A stretch of DNA of 63,770 nt, counting the filler. It is 5 parts of 5 records of this genome, joined end to end, with 100 filler letters (N's around TTAATTAATTAA, not from the genome) between each part and the next. Parts side by side here need not be neighbours in the genome. Positions count along the whole stretch, not along the records: positions 13,758 to 28,570 come from SRR20825019_765; positions 28,671 to 45,126 come from SRR20825019_776; 3 more parts are not named here. The stretch is one strand, 5' to 3'. The position numbers and the translations under genes were made by a program. A model generated the notes under the pieces. That model searched no databases, was not told the DNA's origin, and was given only the letters and a program-made list of their open reading frames with translations. This document shows, piece by piece, positions 19,808-31,919 of the stretch; the stretch's first letter is position 1, and each line of letters opens with the position of its first letter.

Positions 19808-21374
19808 ATGTTGAGGTCACCTCTCAGCAATATGGACGACTCTCCGCGTACCAACTTGAAACAACAGAACGAAGACCTGAAGCGCCTTGTGAAGCTTCAA
19901 GATCAAGCTTTGAAGTCGACAGCTATGAATGCAATGGCCTCTCCGGCAACCAAAGAGGCTAGGGCCGCCTATAGGGCTGTTGAGGATGACAGGGACAACT
20001 GGGAACGGCTGCACAAACAAGCCCAAGAAAAGTTGGCGGTGGCAATGACAGACCTTCAGCTCTCGCGCGAGGCTCACGCGTTGGCAAACGAGGCGCACAG
20101 CACTGATCTAAGGGTTATGCGGAAGGAGTTGGAGGAGGCTCAAGGTAATATGCTAGAACACTCGAAAGTTTTGTTTTGTGTTGATGATAGCTGCGCAGCG
20201 AAAGTGAACTCGTTAGACCAACAGGTGCAGGTGGAACGCGGAATGAGGCAGAAACTTGTCTTGCGCTTGGAGGACAAGGACAGAGAACTACACGCGGTCA
20301 CAGAAACACTGAATACCCACGATAGCGCTGCGGCGGAGGTGACCTTGCAAGGAGAGGGTGCGCATATCATCAACTTGGAGACTGAGTTGAATGCACTGGC
20401 CGAACACAATGCGCGGCTAACCGAGCAGGTCACGAATCTTCAGATTCAGTACGAAGCTGAAAGAAACAACCACAATGAGACGAGGTCGTTGCTAACTGCA
20501 TCAGAAAAGAAAGTAGCTGATATGACGAGGGAGTTAGACAATGTTTTGGAGGATAGGCGTAAGGCGGAGGAGAAGAGTCGCGACATGGAGTCCACTGTAG
20601 ATGAGCTTAAGAAGAAGATCCGGGATATGGAAGCGAGCTCCGAGAGTCACAAGAAAGTGGAATTTGAGGAGGTAGAAGTAGTCGAGGATCACAATGATAT
20701 GTTCAAGGTATGGACACTTGAGCGTGCCTACTCGACTTCCCTAACATTTAATGTTGTAGACCCCTGAAAGTATCCAGCCTGCTTCGAGACATGAGGAAGA
20801 CGTAGATGCTCTCAAGTCAAAACTCATGCAGCTGAAAATGGAGAAAGAAGCCATGAACACCGAGAACCGGGTGCTTAAGGACCGCCTAGCAAGCACTCTG
20901 TCTGCAACCAAGACTACTGTTAAGGAGGAAGCTCCTCGGGAAGAAAAGGAGAAGGTCTCGCCTGTCCTGCTTGCAGCAGCTGCCGCCTTTAAAAGGCTCC
21001 GAAAGGCTGCTGCCGAAGAGAACAGTTCTTCGGTACTGGAGCTGGCTTCCAAAAACAGTGTCACTCCGGAAGCCCTCAAGAAGAAGAGTCCCGCCTCTAC
21101 ACCAGTAATGTCAAGATCAAATTCCTCTCGCTCGTTGCCGCGGCCATTGTCGTCGCAGAAGCTTTCCCTTGTTAATCTAACTGCAAAAACGCCATCACCA
21201 GCGACTCAAAGTTCGAAGCCTAGGGGTCGGGGCCCTAGCGATCCCAAGACACCGAAGAGCCCAAAAACTCCAAAGGAAGCGTTACATGAGATATTGGAGG
21301 TGGCTAATGCTAGACAAGATTCCGGAAAGCCCGAGCCTACAGTCTTTGATCTTCTTCGTCCAGCACGCTCCTAA
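19808..21374 (+). CDS. Coiled-coil protein with Ser/Pro/Lys-rich C-terminal tail, 2 exons
   Basis: Intron 20708-20759 (GTATGG...CTAAC...TAG) joins ORFs 19790-20767 and 20826-21374 in frame. Heptad-like E/K/L-rich composition. Start is uncertain. Confidence 0.75.
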
Positions 21375-21419
21375 GTAGTGGTGATTCCTAATAAAGGACA
21401 ATGTACTTTAATATCAATA

Positions 21420-24400
21420 TTAATCCGACTCATCTGAATCATCACTCATAAAGAGAGCTGCGTCAATGTTCTTTCCAGTGGCAATCTTGGAACGTTTGGT
21501 GTCGCCCACAGCAGATCCCCACTTGCTGTTGAAGTAATTCTTCACCTTTCTTCTCCATCTCCACATGAACTGGAAGGCGAAATAGCATAGGATGAAACCT
21601 ACAATGAAGAACACAATAGGCATGACGACGTAGATAATGATCAAGCGCATCCGCTGCTTGATAATAGTCCCCGTGCCGAAATCTTCCTCGCATCCACTGC
21701 CCGTGTACCCAGCAATACAATAGCACTCACCCCCCTTGCAGAAACCCTGATCCGAACTACAGTTCTTTGGGCACTCGATTACATTGTGGCAGTCTGTCCC
21801 AGCGTAACCCGAATAACAAACGCAATTTGCATTAACACAAGTGCCCTGCTGCTTGCAATCCTTTTCTACAATCTCCTCGTTGCACCACACGTGCTCGCAG
21901 TGCGCCCCGCCATACCCCGGCTCACAGTAGCACGTAGACTTGTAACAGAAACCATGAGGTTCATTACAACCAACATCACCACATGAACTACCATCAGTGG
22001 GAGCGACGGAGGCCTTAAACCCGGCATCACCCGGCATTCCCACATCAGCGGCCATCTGCGGCTTCTTGTCACCACCATCTTCACCCACACCAGCCATCTC
22101 TTCATCTACCACCAATTGGTCACAACCCTCGCCACTGTAACCTTGCTCGCAGATACACTTCCCTGTTTTCTTATTGCAAGTACCCTGTGAATTACAATCC
22201 GGGGGGTTGCACTCCTTTTCACTACACGCCTTGCCAGTCCAGCCATTCAGACACTTGCACACCTTCCGCGTTTTCGGATCACAGATACCGTGGTCTTTCC
22301 CAGAGCAAGTGAGGCCCTTGATACCCTTCGGACACATGTACACCTTAGTTCCGCAATTGATTCCCGTCCATCCTTGTTCGCAAGAGCAGATAGACCCAAT
22401 GCACCGGCCGTGTCCCATGCATGCATTCGGACAAAGGGACAGAGACTTCTCACAGTAGGCACCCTTGTATCCATACTCGCACATACAAGACATTGACGCG
22501 TCGCATCTGCCATGACCTGTGCAATTCTGAGGACACGCACGTTGCCCGCAGTCCTCGCCCTGGAAAAACTCATAACACTGACACTTTCCGCCTCTACATG
22601 TCCCCATCTGATTGCAGTTCTTAGGGCACAGCTTGATGCTGCAGTCGTCCCCAGTCCAGTCATCGTCGCAAGTACAAATACCATCCTTTGCACAATCACC
22701 ATGACCACTGCAGTCGCCGGGGCACATGCGTTTCCCACACCATTTTCCGACGAACCCATTATCACAATTACAAGTGGGTGGCAATCCCTTGTCCTTGTTG
22801 ACCTCGCAAGTTCCGTGGCCGTGGCAATCCTTCTTGCACACTCCGCGCCCACACGACGGCCCAGCGAAGCCATCGTTGCACTGGCACTCGCCATCGACGC
22901 ATTTGCCGCGCCCATTACAATCGTCCATGCACACCTTCTGTCCACAGCTATCACCGGCAAACCCTGGATCACAAACACACTTGCCATTGTCTTGGCAGAT
23001 ACCATTCCAATTGCAGTCATCTTTGCAGCCCAGAAGAGAACAAGTATCTCCGTACCATCCATCATCACAAGCGCAGACACCGTCGCTGCATGACCCATGG
23101 ACGCATTCCTTGTCACAAGATTTGACGATATGGTTGCACATTTCACCGCTCCAGCCCTGCTGGCATGCACAGATCCCCGTCTTTTCATTGCATACACCGT
23201 TGCCCGAGCAGTTAGCCGGGCACGAATTGGGGAATGAGCAATCCAATCCCGAGAACCCTTTGATACAAGAACAGTCGCCAGTCTTCGAGTTGCAGTCACC
23301 ATGGCCACTACAGGAACCTGGGCAGCGGATCTTTCCAGTACAATCTGTTCCGTTGTACCCTCTATCACATGCACAAGCACCCTTCTTGCAGACACCATGG
23401 CCAGCACAGTCACGGGGGCACACCTGAACATTGCATTCATCGCCGGCCCAGCCGGGAGAACACTTGCAAACGCCATCAATGCAGGTACCGTGATCATCGC
23501 AGTCCAAGCCACACATCTTCAAAGATCCGCGATTGCAAGCAAGACCGGACCAGCCAACGTTGCAATCGCACTTTCCACTCTTGTTGTCACAAATGCCGTG
23601 AGCAGAGCAATTGAGAGGGCACGCTCGGTTCATGCAATCTTCTCCAACATAACCGGGATCACATATGCAGTTCCCTCCTTCGCAAAAACCATGCTTGCTG
23701 CAGTCTGTCGGACAGCCGGCCCGATTGCAGTTGCCACCAGTCCAACCGTGGTCACACTGGCACTGGCCATTCTTAAGGCAGTCACCGTGGCCACTACAAT
23801 CATTGGGGCACATTCGACGACCACAGTCATCGCCAGAGAATCCCTTGACACACTTGCAACGACCATGATCACAGGTGCCATGGTGGTTGCAATCATTCGG
23901 GCACTTAACGATACTACAAGTGGGTCCGGCGAAAGGCTCGTCGCACATGCAAGTCCCTTGGATGCAAATACCATTGCCATTGCAATCTTCAGGGCAAACC
24001 TTGTTCTCACAAGCCTTGCCGTAGTAAGGGTACTGACACTGGCATTCGCCAACATTATTGTCGCAATCACCACGGTTGTTGCAGTCCTCGGGGCACTTCC
24101 GCTCAGGATGGGAGCACATGTCACCACCCCAACCCTCAAAGCAATCGCAGACACCTTGTGAAGCATCGCAATTTCCGTGCCCACTGCAATTATTGGGGCA
24201 ATAGTTTCCAGCAGCAATGGCGTAAGAGCAATCCTTTCCAGTGAAGCCATCCACACACACACACTTCTGGTTCACGCAGCTGCCACGTCCAGAACACTGG
24301 TTCGGGCAAGGAACCTCTTGCTCGCAAGCAGCACCCCACCACCCAACATCACAGAAGCACTGGCCTGAGTCTTGACAAATTCCGTGCTGCGAACAACCAC

Positions 24401-26138
24401 TAGGGCACAACTTGGTCTCGCAAGCATCACCTCCATATCCTTCTTCGCAGACGCAGGTTCCGTTGACGCACTGACCACGCATGTTACAGTCAGCCTCGCA
24501 CACCTTAAGGGGGAACTCGCACGAAGCCCCGACCCATCCAGGGTTACAATCGCAGCGTCCATTGCGGCACGCACCACGAGACAGGCAGTCATGCGGGCAT
24601 TTCTTGAATCCACAGTCCTCACCAGAGAAGCCCGGATCGCACGTGCACTTGCCCATTTCACATACACCATGATGAGAACACACGGGAGATGGGGCGCACC
24701 GCTTGATCTCAGAGCAGTCACCGCCAGTCCATCCAGGGTCGCAGACACATGCTTTCTCGCCTCTTTGCTTGTCAATCTTGCACTTTCCTTGACCAGAGCA
24801 ATGGTTAGGACAGCCGTCGATGAACATCTCATAAACATCATCGTAACACTTGCGGTCACCAAAGCAGCCTCCAATAACAATTACTCGAGCATCATCCGCA
24901 GGGTCGCGGTTCATCGAGAAACCTTCGCGGGAAGACGGCCAGGTCGGGGTAGGTTCCACTCGCTCCCACCTCATCTTCTCGGTATCAAGCACATCCACTG
25001 CCGAATAGCACTCAGGCGGGTCATACTGGCATCCTCCATAGATATAAAGCTTCTTCCCGAGGGCTACTGCGCCGTGTGACTCTCTTGCCATTGGAGGGTG
25101 CCCTTTGGCTGCAAAAGTCTTCCACTTGTATGAATTGATGTTGAGGATGTGCAAGTCGCTCACAACTGTGCCAGACTCTTCTACATAACCGCCAAACACG
25201 TACATGAATTTGTCAATGATGGTCGCACTGTGACCCTTCCTGGCTGAAGGCTTGTTGCCTTTGGCTTCTGGTCTCATCCACTCCATTGTTCCCGCGTTAA
25301 GCACCACAAGGTCATCAAAGAACTGCTCGTCAGTCGACCCACCGAAATATATGATCCTGTTGTCCTTGGGCACGGCCGCACCTGAGTGGTATGCGCGACC
25401 GGGTGGGGTGTCGCCACCAATCGCAGGAACAGACCACATGTTGGTTCCATATGAAAAGGACATCACCGTGTCTTCATAAACACCATCCACGGTGTTGTAT
25501 CCTCCGAAAACCAGAACCTTGTCTCTGTAAGCAGTCGCGGTCATGGCTAACCGGGGGAAGAAGGTCACTCCCTTGGTTTCGATGCGCTTCCAAGTAAGAC
25601 CATCCATGTTCAACTCGAAAGTATCGTTCTTACACCTCATATCCGGGAATTCGCAACCACCGAATACGTACAGCTTATCTGCACCCCTCTGCACAACCCT
25701 GTGAAACTTTCTTGGCGTGAACATGGTCCCACGAGCGTTGGGCTTCACCCATGCCAGGTCGGGGGGGCCACCCATAGTCCCAGTCCTCAGCTTCGTCCTC
25801 AGCTTCGTCCTCAGTCGTGCGCGCATTTGCAAGAAGCTCAGGCGGAGAGAGGTAGAGTTGGAGCTCTCGACTGGACTGGTAGCCACCTGAGGGCTTCCGG
25901 TGCTCTCTTGCCAAGGGAAAAACCTCTTCTTATCGCAAGAGCTGAGTGTGTCGCACAACCCGCCGTCCTGTCCAAGATCGCCGTATTCCAACAGAAGGCT
26001 TTCACACTCAGCAAGGTTATCAGTGGGTGGAGTCCATCCCTTAGTCTCCTGAGCACCAAATACCGCCTCAACACATGCCATTGAAGATAGGGCAACAATG
26101 AGAAGGAGAGTGACTCTCCACCTCATTTCAGACCCCAT
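21420..26138 (-). CDS. Single-pass surface protein: signal peptide + Kelch beta-propeller + 30 tenascin-type EGF repeats + TM
   Basis: Hydrophobic leader VTLLLIVALSSMACVEA, six Kelch blades (xFGG/YGG/IGG), repeated CPxxCSxxGxC...CxCxxGWxGxxC units (27 + 3), TM IIIYVVMPIVFFIVGFILCYFAF followed by RWRRK. No introns. Confidence 0.9.
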   Translation of the reverse strand: MGSEMRWRVTLLLIVALSSMACVEAVFGAQETKGWTPPTDNLAECESLLLEYGDLGQDGGLCDTLSSCDKKRFFPWQESTGSPQVATSPVESSNSTSLRLSFLQMRARLRTKLRTKLRTGTMGGPPDLAWVKPNARGTMFTPRKFHRVVQRGADKLYVFGGCEFPDMRCKNDTFELNMDGLTWKRIETKGVTFFPRLAMTATAYRDKVLVFGGYNTVDGVYEDTVMSFSYGTNMWSVPAIGGDTPPGRAYHSGAAVPKDNRIIYFGGSTDEQFFDDLVVLNAGTMEWMRPEAKGNKPSARKGHSATIIDKFMYVFGGYVEESGTVVSDLHILNINSYKWKTFAAKGHPPMARESHGAVALGKKLYIYGGCQYDPPECYSAVDVLDTEKMRWERVEPTPTWPSSREGFSMNRDPADDARVIVIGGCFGDRKCYDDVYEMFIDGCPNHCSGQGKCKIDKQRGEKACVCDPGWTGGDCSEIKRCAPSPVCSHHGVCEMGKCTCDPGFSGEDCGFKKCPHDCLSRGACRNGRCDCNPGWVGASCEFPLKVCEADCNMRGQCVNGTCVCEEGYGGDACETKLCPSGCSQHGICQDSGQCFCDVGWWGAACEQEVPCPNQCSGRGSCVNQKCVCVDGFTGKDCSYAIAAGNYCPNNCSGHGNCDASQGVCDCFEGWGGDMCSHPERKCPEDCNNRGDCDNNVGECQCQYPYYGKACENKVCPEDCNGNGICIQGTCMCDEPFAGPTCSIVKCPNDCNHHGTCDHGRCKCVKGFSGDDCGRRMCPNDCSGHGDCLKNGQCQCDHGWTGGNCNRAGCPTDCSKHGFCEGGNCICDPGYVGEDCMNRACPLNCSAHGICDNKSGKCDCNVGWSGLACNRGSLKMCGLDCDDHGTCIDGVCKCSPGWAGDECNVQVCPRDCAGHGVCKKGACACDRGYNGTDCTGKIRCPGSCSGHGDCNSKTGDCSCIKGFSGLDCSFPNSCPANCSGNGVCNEKTGICACQQGWSGEMCNHIVKSCDKECVHGSCSDGVCACDDGWYGDTCSLLGCKDDCNWNGICQDNGKCVCDPGFAGDSCGQKVCMDDCNGRGKCVDGECQCNDGFAGPSCGRGVCKKDCHGHGTCEVNKDKGLPPTCNCDNGFVGKWCGKRMCPGDCSGHGDCAKDGICTCDDDWTGDDCSIKLCPKNCNQMGTCRGGKCQCYEFFQGEDCGQRACPQNCTGHGRCDASMSCMCEYGYKGAYCEKSLSLCPNACMGHGRCIGSICSCEQGWTGINCGTKVYMCPKGIKGLTCSGKDHGICDPKTRKVCKCLNGWTGKACSEKECNPPDCNSQGTCNKKTGKCICEQGYSGEGCDQLVVDEEMAGVGEDGGDKKPQMAADVGMPGDAGFKASVAPTDGSSCGDVGCNEPHGFCYKSTCYCEPGYGGAHCEHVWCNEEIVEKDCKQQGTCVNANCVCYSGYAGTDCHNVIECPKNCSSDQGFCKGGECYCIAGYTGSGCEEDFGTGTIIKQRMRLIIIYVVMPIVFFIVGFILCYFAFQFMWRWRRKVKNYFNSKWGSAVGDTKRSKIATGKNIDAALFMSDDSDESD
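25783..25814. repeat. 12-nt tandem repeat (GTCCTCAGCTTC x2.7) encoding LRTKLRTKLRT
   Basis: Seen directly in the sequence. Confidence 0.9.
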
Positions 26139-26672
26139 GGCCACGCTGCTGCTTGCAGCCAAAACTTGTTGAGGATTTGTGTACTAAGTATTTACCATTT
26201 CTGGCCGAACCTATACATATGTTTGGCACTTGAGGTCAGAGTAGTCTCTCCCCCCGCCCGGGAAAGCAAGGGCCCCAGTTGGCGAGAGTAGACACGCTCT
26301 CTTGGGTGAATATCGCACTGCCGGAACTCTCCGCCCTTCACGCCCACCACCCCCAACCGACCACAATGCATCCATGGCCGTGCCCTGCTCTGCGTCCGAT
26401 GAGTGAACCGTAGTGGGCACTTCTCCCGGCTGGAGTGCGCATGACGGCCGGCGTAGGTGCGGCTTGATTACAAACGGGACTATCACTGTGAGATTCGTTA
26501 TATCGAGATATTACGCCATTTAAAATCGAGGGTAGTCTGGAAAATATCCGATTGATTGAAGAAGTGGTCTGACTATTTGTGAAACTTTTTTTGAGAAAGT
26601 TCACAATTCAACGCCAGTCTGTAGGGTACATTTGATGATTGCCTGAGTCAGGAGCTAGAAAGAGCAAAGGGT

Positions 26673-28462
26673 TTATTGATTGGATGGGTGGCTGGGAACT
26701 AGGTTCATGCGCTTTGCAATAGCAGACTCCTTCGCCTTGGTGACAGCTTCTAAGAGCTTACCAAAAGTTTCCGGCCCGAAAGTGCCAAGGCCTGAGGCCG
26801 GATCATAGCCCTCTACTGCGTCGTATCCGTTGTTTCCGCCACGTGTGATGTCCAGCAGAGCTGCGGTTGCCTCCTTGTTGGTATAGAGAAATGGGTTCAT
26901 GAAGCCAAGTGAACTAAGCCCCTTGGCAATTAGAGCGTCATTTAGAAGGCTGACCATTCCTCCAAGTACGGGGGCAGCAGCCGAGGTTCCACCAATTGGC
27001 TGGTCACTGCCGCTTTGGATTATGTAGAAACCAGCATCATAAATTGAGAGATCTGGGACACAACGATGATCGGTATCCATCTTGCTGGGTCGAGTGCCCT
27101 TCGTGCTTAAATAATGAGCCACAGCGCCCTTCTGCCAATCCTGAATAGGGTTGACCTTCATGGAAGAAAAACCTCCCGTCGTCATGTCATCGACCTGAAG
27201 AGGCGAATCGCCAACTGCAAAAACCGGTCATTGTTTGTCGTTTTAGCTTTCTACAGATACTCACGGTCTCCATTCCACACTCCACCAACACTGGTGCAGA
27301 ATGGGCTTGATGCCGGGAACTTCTGGTTGGCCTGATAGCCAGAGTCACCGCTAGCAAATATGATCGTGGCGCCTCTGGCGCCAAGAGCTTGAAATTCTTT
27401 GTTCATTCTGTAAAACTGTCAGAACTACTTGTAACAAGGGACTACACAGCAAGGGTACCTTTCCAGACCATCATCACCACCACAGTCTCGAGAAAAGTCG
27501 GCTTCATTTTCTCCGACAGAGAGAGAGTGCACCTTCGGAAGGTCATCATCCGACGCTTGCGAGGACCAGGTCAACCATTCAGTAAAAGGATTAGATGTAC
27601 TGTGCCCATTGATCCAAAACCACCAGGTGGGCACGCTCTGGCCTGCGCTCATGATATACTGGATGTCAAGGGTACTCTCTGTTCCGGCAGATCCATCCAG
27701 CTTGCCAATCAACTTTTCTACGGGCATCTTGACCAAATCGTACTTCTTCTGGAACACCTCAAGATCAGAAGGCTTGAAGCTGTTGTCAACAATTACCATC
27801 TGGTGGTGCCCCTTGGTCTTGGCTTCATGCCCCTCTAGGCCATAGGCCTTGCGGAGGCAGGGAGGAGTGACACGATAGGCCAGGCAGGACATAGGGTCGT
27901 CCCCATATTCTTTGCGAAGCATGGAAGGGGAAACGCGACTGGAATCGTTTCTGATATCTTTTGAGGTGGCTTTTGACGCCACCCGTTGCAAAGATAACGG
28001 GCCAGAGACCAGGTCCACCGAGAACCTCAATTCCTGAGGGACAGAGTATGTCTTCTCAAGATTTCCAGTGGCCTGGAGAATATAAGATGCAGGGAGTGAC
28101 GCGACGATCTTGTCCTTAGCAGGGCTTGTGGACACAATTGAACCTCCAACGTTCGCAATATATTCTTCGACAGCAGCAACATCCTGAGGTGCTGGGGTCT
28201 GAAGACGTGACACTTCGGCCTGGCTCAGGAAGGAACCGTAATGTGGAGACGCAGGGTCGGCAACCTCCGTGGCACGGGCAGCGAGCTCATCTGCAAGTGA
28301 TGATTGATGTTTCACGAAAAACGTGGTAGTGATTCCACCGTCAGATCCAGTGAGCTTGGTTAGGTGAACGTTGATATCAATGTCCACTCCAGCGTTGGCA
28401 AGTCCAACAATGGCCAGAACTAGCAAGAGAACACCCGAAGCTCTCATTTCTACCAGTGGCAT
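26673..28462 (-). CDS. Sedolisin / tripeptidyl-peptidase 1-like serine-carboxyl protease (S53), 3 exons
   Basis: Signal peptide, prodomain (DPASPHYGSFLS), ESTLDIQY (Glu/Asp), ASGDSG oxyanion Asp, GGTSAAAP (Ser), YDPASGLGT. Introns 27407-27458 and 27215-27264 restore the frame. Confidence 0.9.
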
Positions 28463-28570
28463 TTCACCTCTACGAAATCATCGCATATTCATACCAAATC
28501 AGACAACTTGATTCGATTTCGGGAGACCTTAGAGAGTTGCTGTTGGGGGGGGGGGGGGGGGGGGCGGGGG

Positions 28571-28670
28571 NNNNNNNNNNNNNNNNNNNNNNNNNNNNNN
28601 NNNNNNNNNNNNNNTTAATTAATTAANNNNNNNNNNNNNNNNNNNNNNNNNNNNNNNNNNNNNNNNNNNN
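28571..28670. other. Artificial contig linker
   Basis: N-run + TTAATTAATTAA + N-run. Confidence 0.98.
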
Positions 28671-31600
28671 TGATGCCTTTGAAGCAGCGGGGGGCGCGGG
28701 GGCTGGCATCGGTGTGGTTGCTTGGGGAGCTAGCTGGCCTGATGCCGGGGGGCGTGTAGCACCGGAGTCCGCGGTGGAGGCGGCGTTTAATAAGTCCAAG
28801 CTGGGCCACAGGGCCACACTGAGTGGGTACGATAACAGTCGGATAGGTAGGTGTCAGCTATGTTGGTGTGTGGCACTATATTGGCGGTGAGCTGATCACA
28901 CGTCGCCAGCAAGCGACGCCAAGGACTTGGTGCCCCTTGTCGTAAGGGCACAGGGGATCGCGAGGAGGTTTGTCATACGCAAGGAGATGGCCCGTGCGCG
29001 CGGCGACTGCGACCTGCGCGTGAAGCGTCTTGATGCGATATTCCACTTACATAGCCTGGGCGCGAGTCGGCGGTCGTCGTGTTATATCATAGGTGATATG
29101 GTTAAGGGGCGGGAGGGGCCGATTCAACGCTGATGCCAGGATGATGTTCCTGCAGGCTATCTGTGCTTACTTGCGACTTTTCTCACAATGGTGTTTGCCG
29201 GGATCGTGCCGGCCAACGAGTACAATGCCGCAGGTCCGCACCCTCTCCCCAACATGTGTCTGTGTCCCGTGGCGTTACTGACGGCTTCGCCTCCAGGGTT
29301 CTTGGCCGATACGGTGATGGGGAATCAATGGTCTACTGGGAACACGGGTTGGGATGTCCGCTCCAGGGCGGACATTTACGGATTCATATCAGGCTCCATC
29401 CTCGGTGGTGCGTTCAAACTCAACTCTACGGGCTCAGACACTTTTAACTTTTACAATACCGAGAGCCAGCTCCTGCCAATTACTGTAACCGTGATACGAG
29501 GCACCAAGGTGGACTGCCGGACCGTATATCCCGCTAGTGAGAATTGGTCTTTCGTGGTCGTGGGGAATGATGACCCTGACTGTGTGTCGCATAGACCCCG
29601 CTGCCGGAAGTAACTTCTTCTTCGTGTTTAACCAAGGGTTTTGCGTCACCAATACACCGTCGACTGAGACAGTGTACACAGATCTTGGCAAGGGGTACAG
29701 CCACGAAGCCGATGGCGTCGTTACAACTTGGGCCGCTTGGACTGCGGACCATGCGAGCTACATCGAGGATGATGGGAACAACAACGATGCCACCCTATTC
29801 CGTGAAAACCTCATCTGCCCGGTGCTGCCGTATGCCACTGATGAGGCGCTTACCGCGGGCTATACAATGTTTTATCCTGTGGGATGTAACAAGAACGAGT
29901 GGCTGCAGATATTCAGTCTGTTTCAAGAATGCCAAGTTATTGACGATGCCGTTCGGGAGGTGGTGATTGAACTTAGCTGGGACACCGGGAATGAATATCC
30001 CTACTTTGTACTCATGGTGATAACCTTCAAGATATCGCTTGGTGGTCAGGTGGATGTATCGACCAGCCTAACCACGATCATCCTTCTGTCCCAGTCCGAC
30101 AACAAGTACCGCACCGTGGTGAATGGGTGCATGTGGGTCATCATTGTGATCGGATGCCTGAGCCTGGCATGGACTCTCCTAGAGCTCTTTGGCGGGACGG
30201 TATACTATGGGACGTTGGTGGGTACCCCGCAGGGCTAGCGTGGGCGGGGACTGAACTCACAATGCAGTTTCTACGGTACTGGTTCCGTGACATATGGAAC
30301 TACCACGGCATCACCACGCACATTGTGCTTTTGGTCACAGGGTCCTTATACCTGGGAATCGACAGCGAATCAGCGGTTAGTGATATGTGAGCCCGAACAT
30401 CGTCTAGAATTAACAACAGCTTGCGCAGGCAATCCTTACACCGCCAGAGTCCGAAACCTATTCCAAATTCCTGGCAGCGATGCAGAGCATCAATAACAAC
30501 ACACAGGTGTTTCGTCTCATGCTGGGCACCTCAGCCCTGTTGCTGATGACACGGTTCTTCGCCTATTTTCGGTGTGTTAACATCGTAGCTTGTAATCTTT
30601 GAGGTTAATGAGCTGACATGGCGTGTGATTAGGCACCGGGGGATGCTTTCCATGCTGACTAAGGCGATTTACCATGTGATGACACCATTGGCACATTTCC
30701 TTCTCTCCATGGCTGTTGTCTTCTGCGCCTTCGCTGTGACGGGCCACGCCATGTTTGGAGGCCAGGTGTACAATCACTCTACTTTCATCCTCAGTCTAGG
30801 TAGGCAGGCGCATGTAGCGTTGGTGAAGGGTTGTGCATGGGCGCAGTCTAACTTCAATCTACACAGAAACCCTTCTGAACATGACGTTTGGAGACTTTAA
30901 CTATGTGAGACATCCATGCCCTGGCTCCCGCGCCAGGAGGCTGGCCTGACACTTGCTTGCAGGACGAGTTGAAAAGGATCAACCATATATCCGCCTTCAT
31001 TTTCTTCTACTCGTTCATGGTGACGGTAAGTGGAGCCGTCTATGATGACCCGGCCACCCGCGGATCTGACCCGTTCTGTACAGGTTGTGCTGATACTGCT
31101 GAACTTCTTCATAGGTATGAGACTGTCGGTGCATTCCTCATAATCTGACGCTCCGCAGCGATCGTGATGGAGGGCTACGCGGCAGTGTATTCACGCGGTG
31201 ATGTCAGCGTGCCGCTCTGGGAACAGGCCCTGCAGGATGCCCATGCCATTCGGCAGAATGCTGCGGGCAGGGTGCTGACTGCCGAAGAGGTCGTATGGTG
31301 AGTAGTGGCCCAGCGTGGCGGCCGGCCCCATAAGTGCTGACAGCCTTCGTCCCTAGGATATTGAGGCACGACCCCAATTTCACGAAGCTATCTCACTTCA
31401 CCCTGTTCCACCTCCGGCGGGTGTCGCCTCTGCCCCTATCGGCCGAGTGTGCCCGCGTGCTGTTCAATCTGCTGGTGGAAAGTGGCTCCGACCCTGAGGA
31501 CGCGCTGAGAGTATGTGTTATGGCATGGTCAATGTCACCGCTGGGGGACTGACGTTCTATGACAGGTGTACCACAATGGGTACCGGTTCATTGTTCATGA

Positions 31601-31919
31601 TGACTATCTATCACTGAAGAGGAAATATTCCCCTCCGCTCATGCCGCGGGCGTGCCGCCACGTTATATCAGTGTGGTTGCTGCACTTGACATCGTTTATC
31701 ATGGCTCGTGTGATGGCGTTCAAAATCTCCCGGAAGAGACGCGCGCTGAAAAGGAAACGCAGAGCATCCCGGAAAGCCAAGATAGTACCCATCAATACCA
31801 CTGCCACAAGCCCCGGCTTGGATGGGGAGGTGTTGGACGGGGGTAACGCGGATGGCGGCGGCAACAAGTTTATGGAGGGTAGCGCGTCGGATGAGGAGAC
31901 AGCCCTGAAGGAAGACTGA
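28671..31919 (+). CDS. Polycystin-2 / TRPP-like cation channel (5' truncated), about 13 introns
   Basis: Spliced product contains the polycystin domain (VIDDAVREVVIELSWDTGN...FKISLGG), YWFRDIWN, LLMTRFFAYFR, AFAVTGHAMFG, pore region TLLNMTFGDFNYDEL and S6 LILLNFFIAIVMEGY. Confidence 0.8.

Noticed and set aside
22247..25079. Long Ala/Thr/Val-rich alternative-frame and antisense ORFs over the EGF array
   Set aside because: They are by-products of the repetitive Cys/Gly codon pattern of the real ORF.
27187..27460. Apparent frameshifts or pseudogenisation of the sedolisin (likewise Clu, FECH and RRF)
   Set aside because: Canonical short GT-AG introns restore the reading frame in each case.
28544..28570. 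Poly-G run as a G-quadruplex element
   Set aside because: It sits at a contig end, where poly-G is a common sequencing or assembly artefact.
29055..29160. Possible non-canonical GC-AG intron in the polycystin gene (GCGAGT)
   Set aside because: A canonical GT-AG intron starting near 29093 gives a continuous hydrophobic S1 helix (CYIIGYLCLLATFLTMVF).
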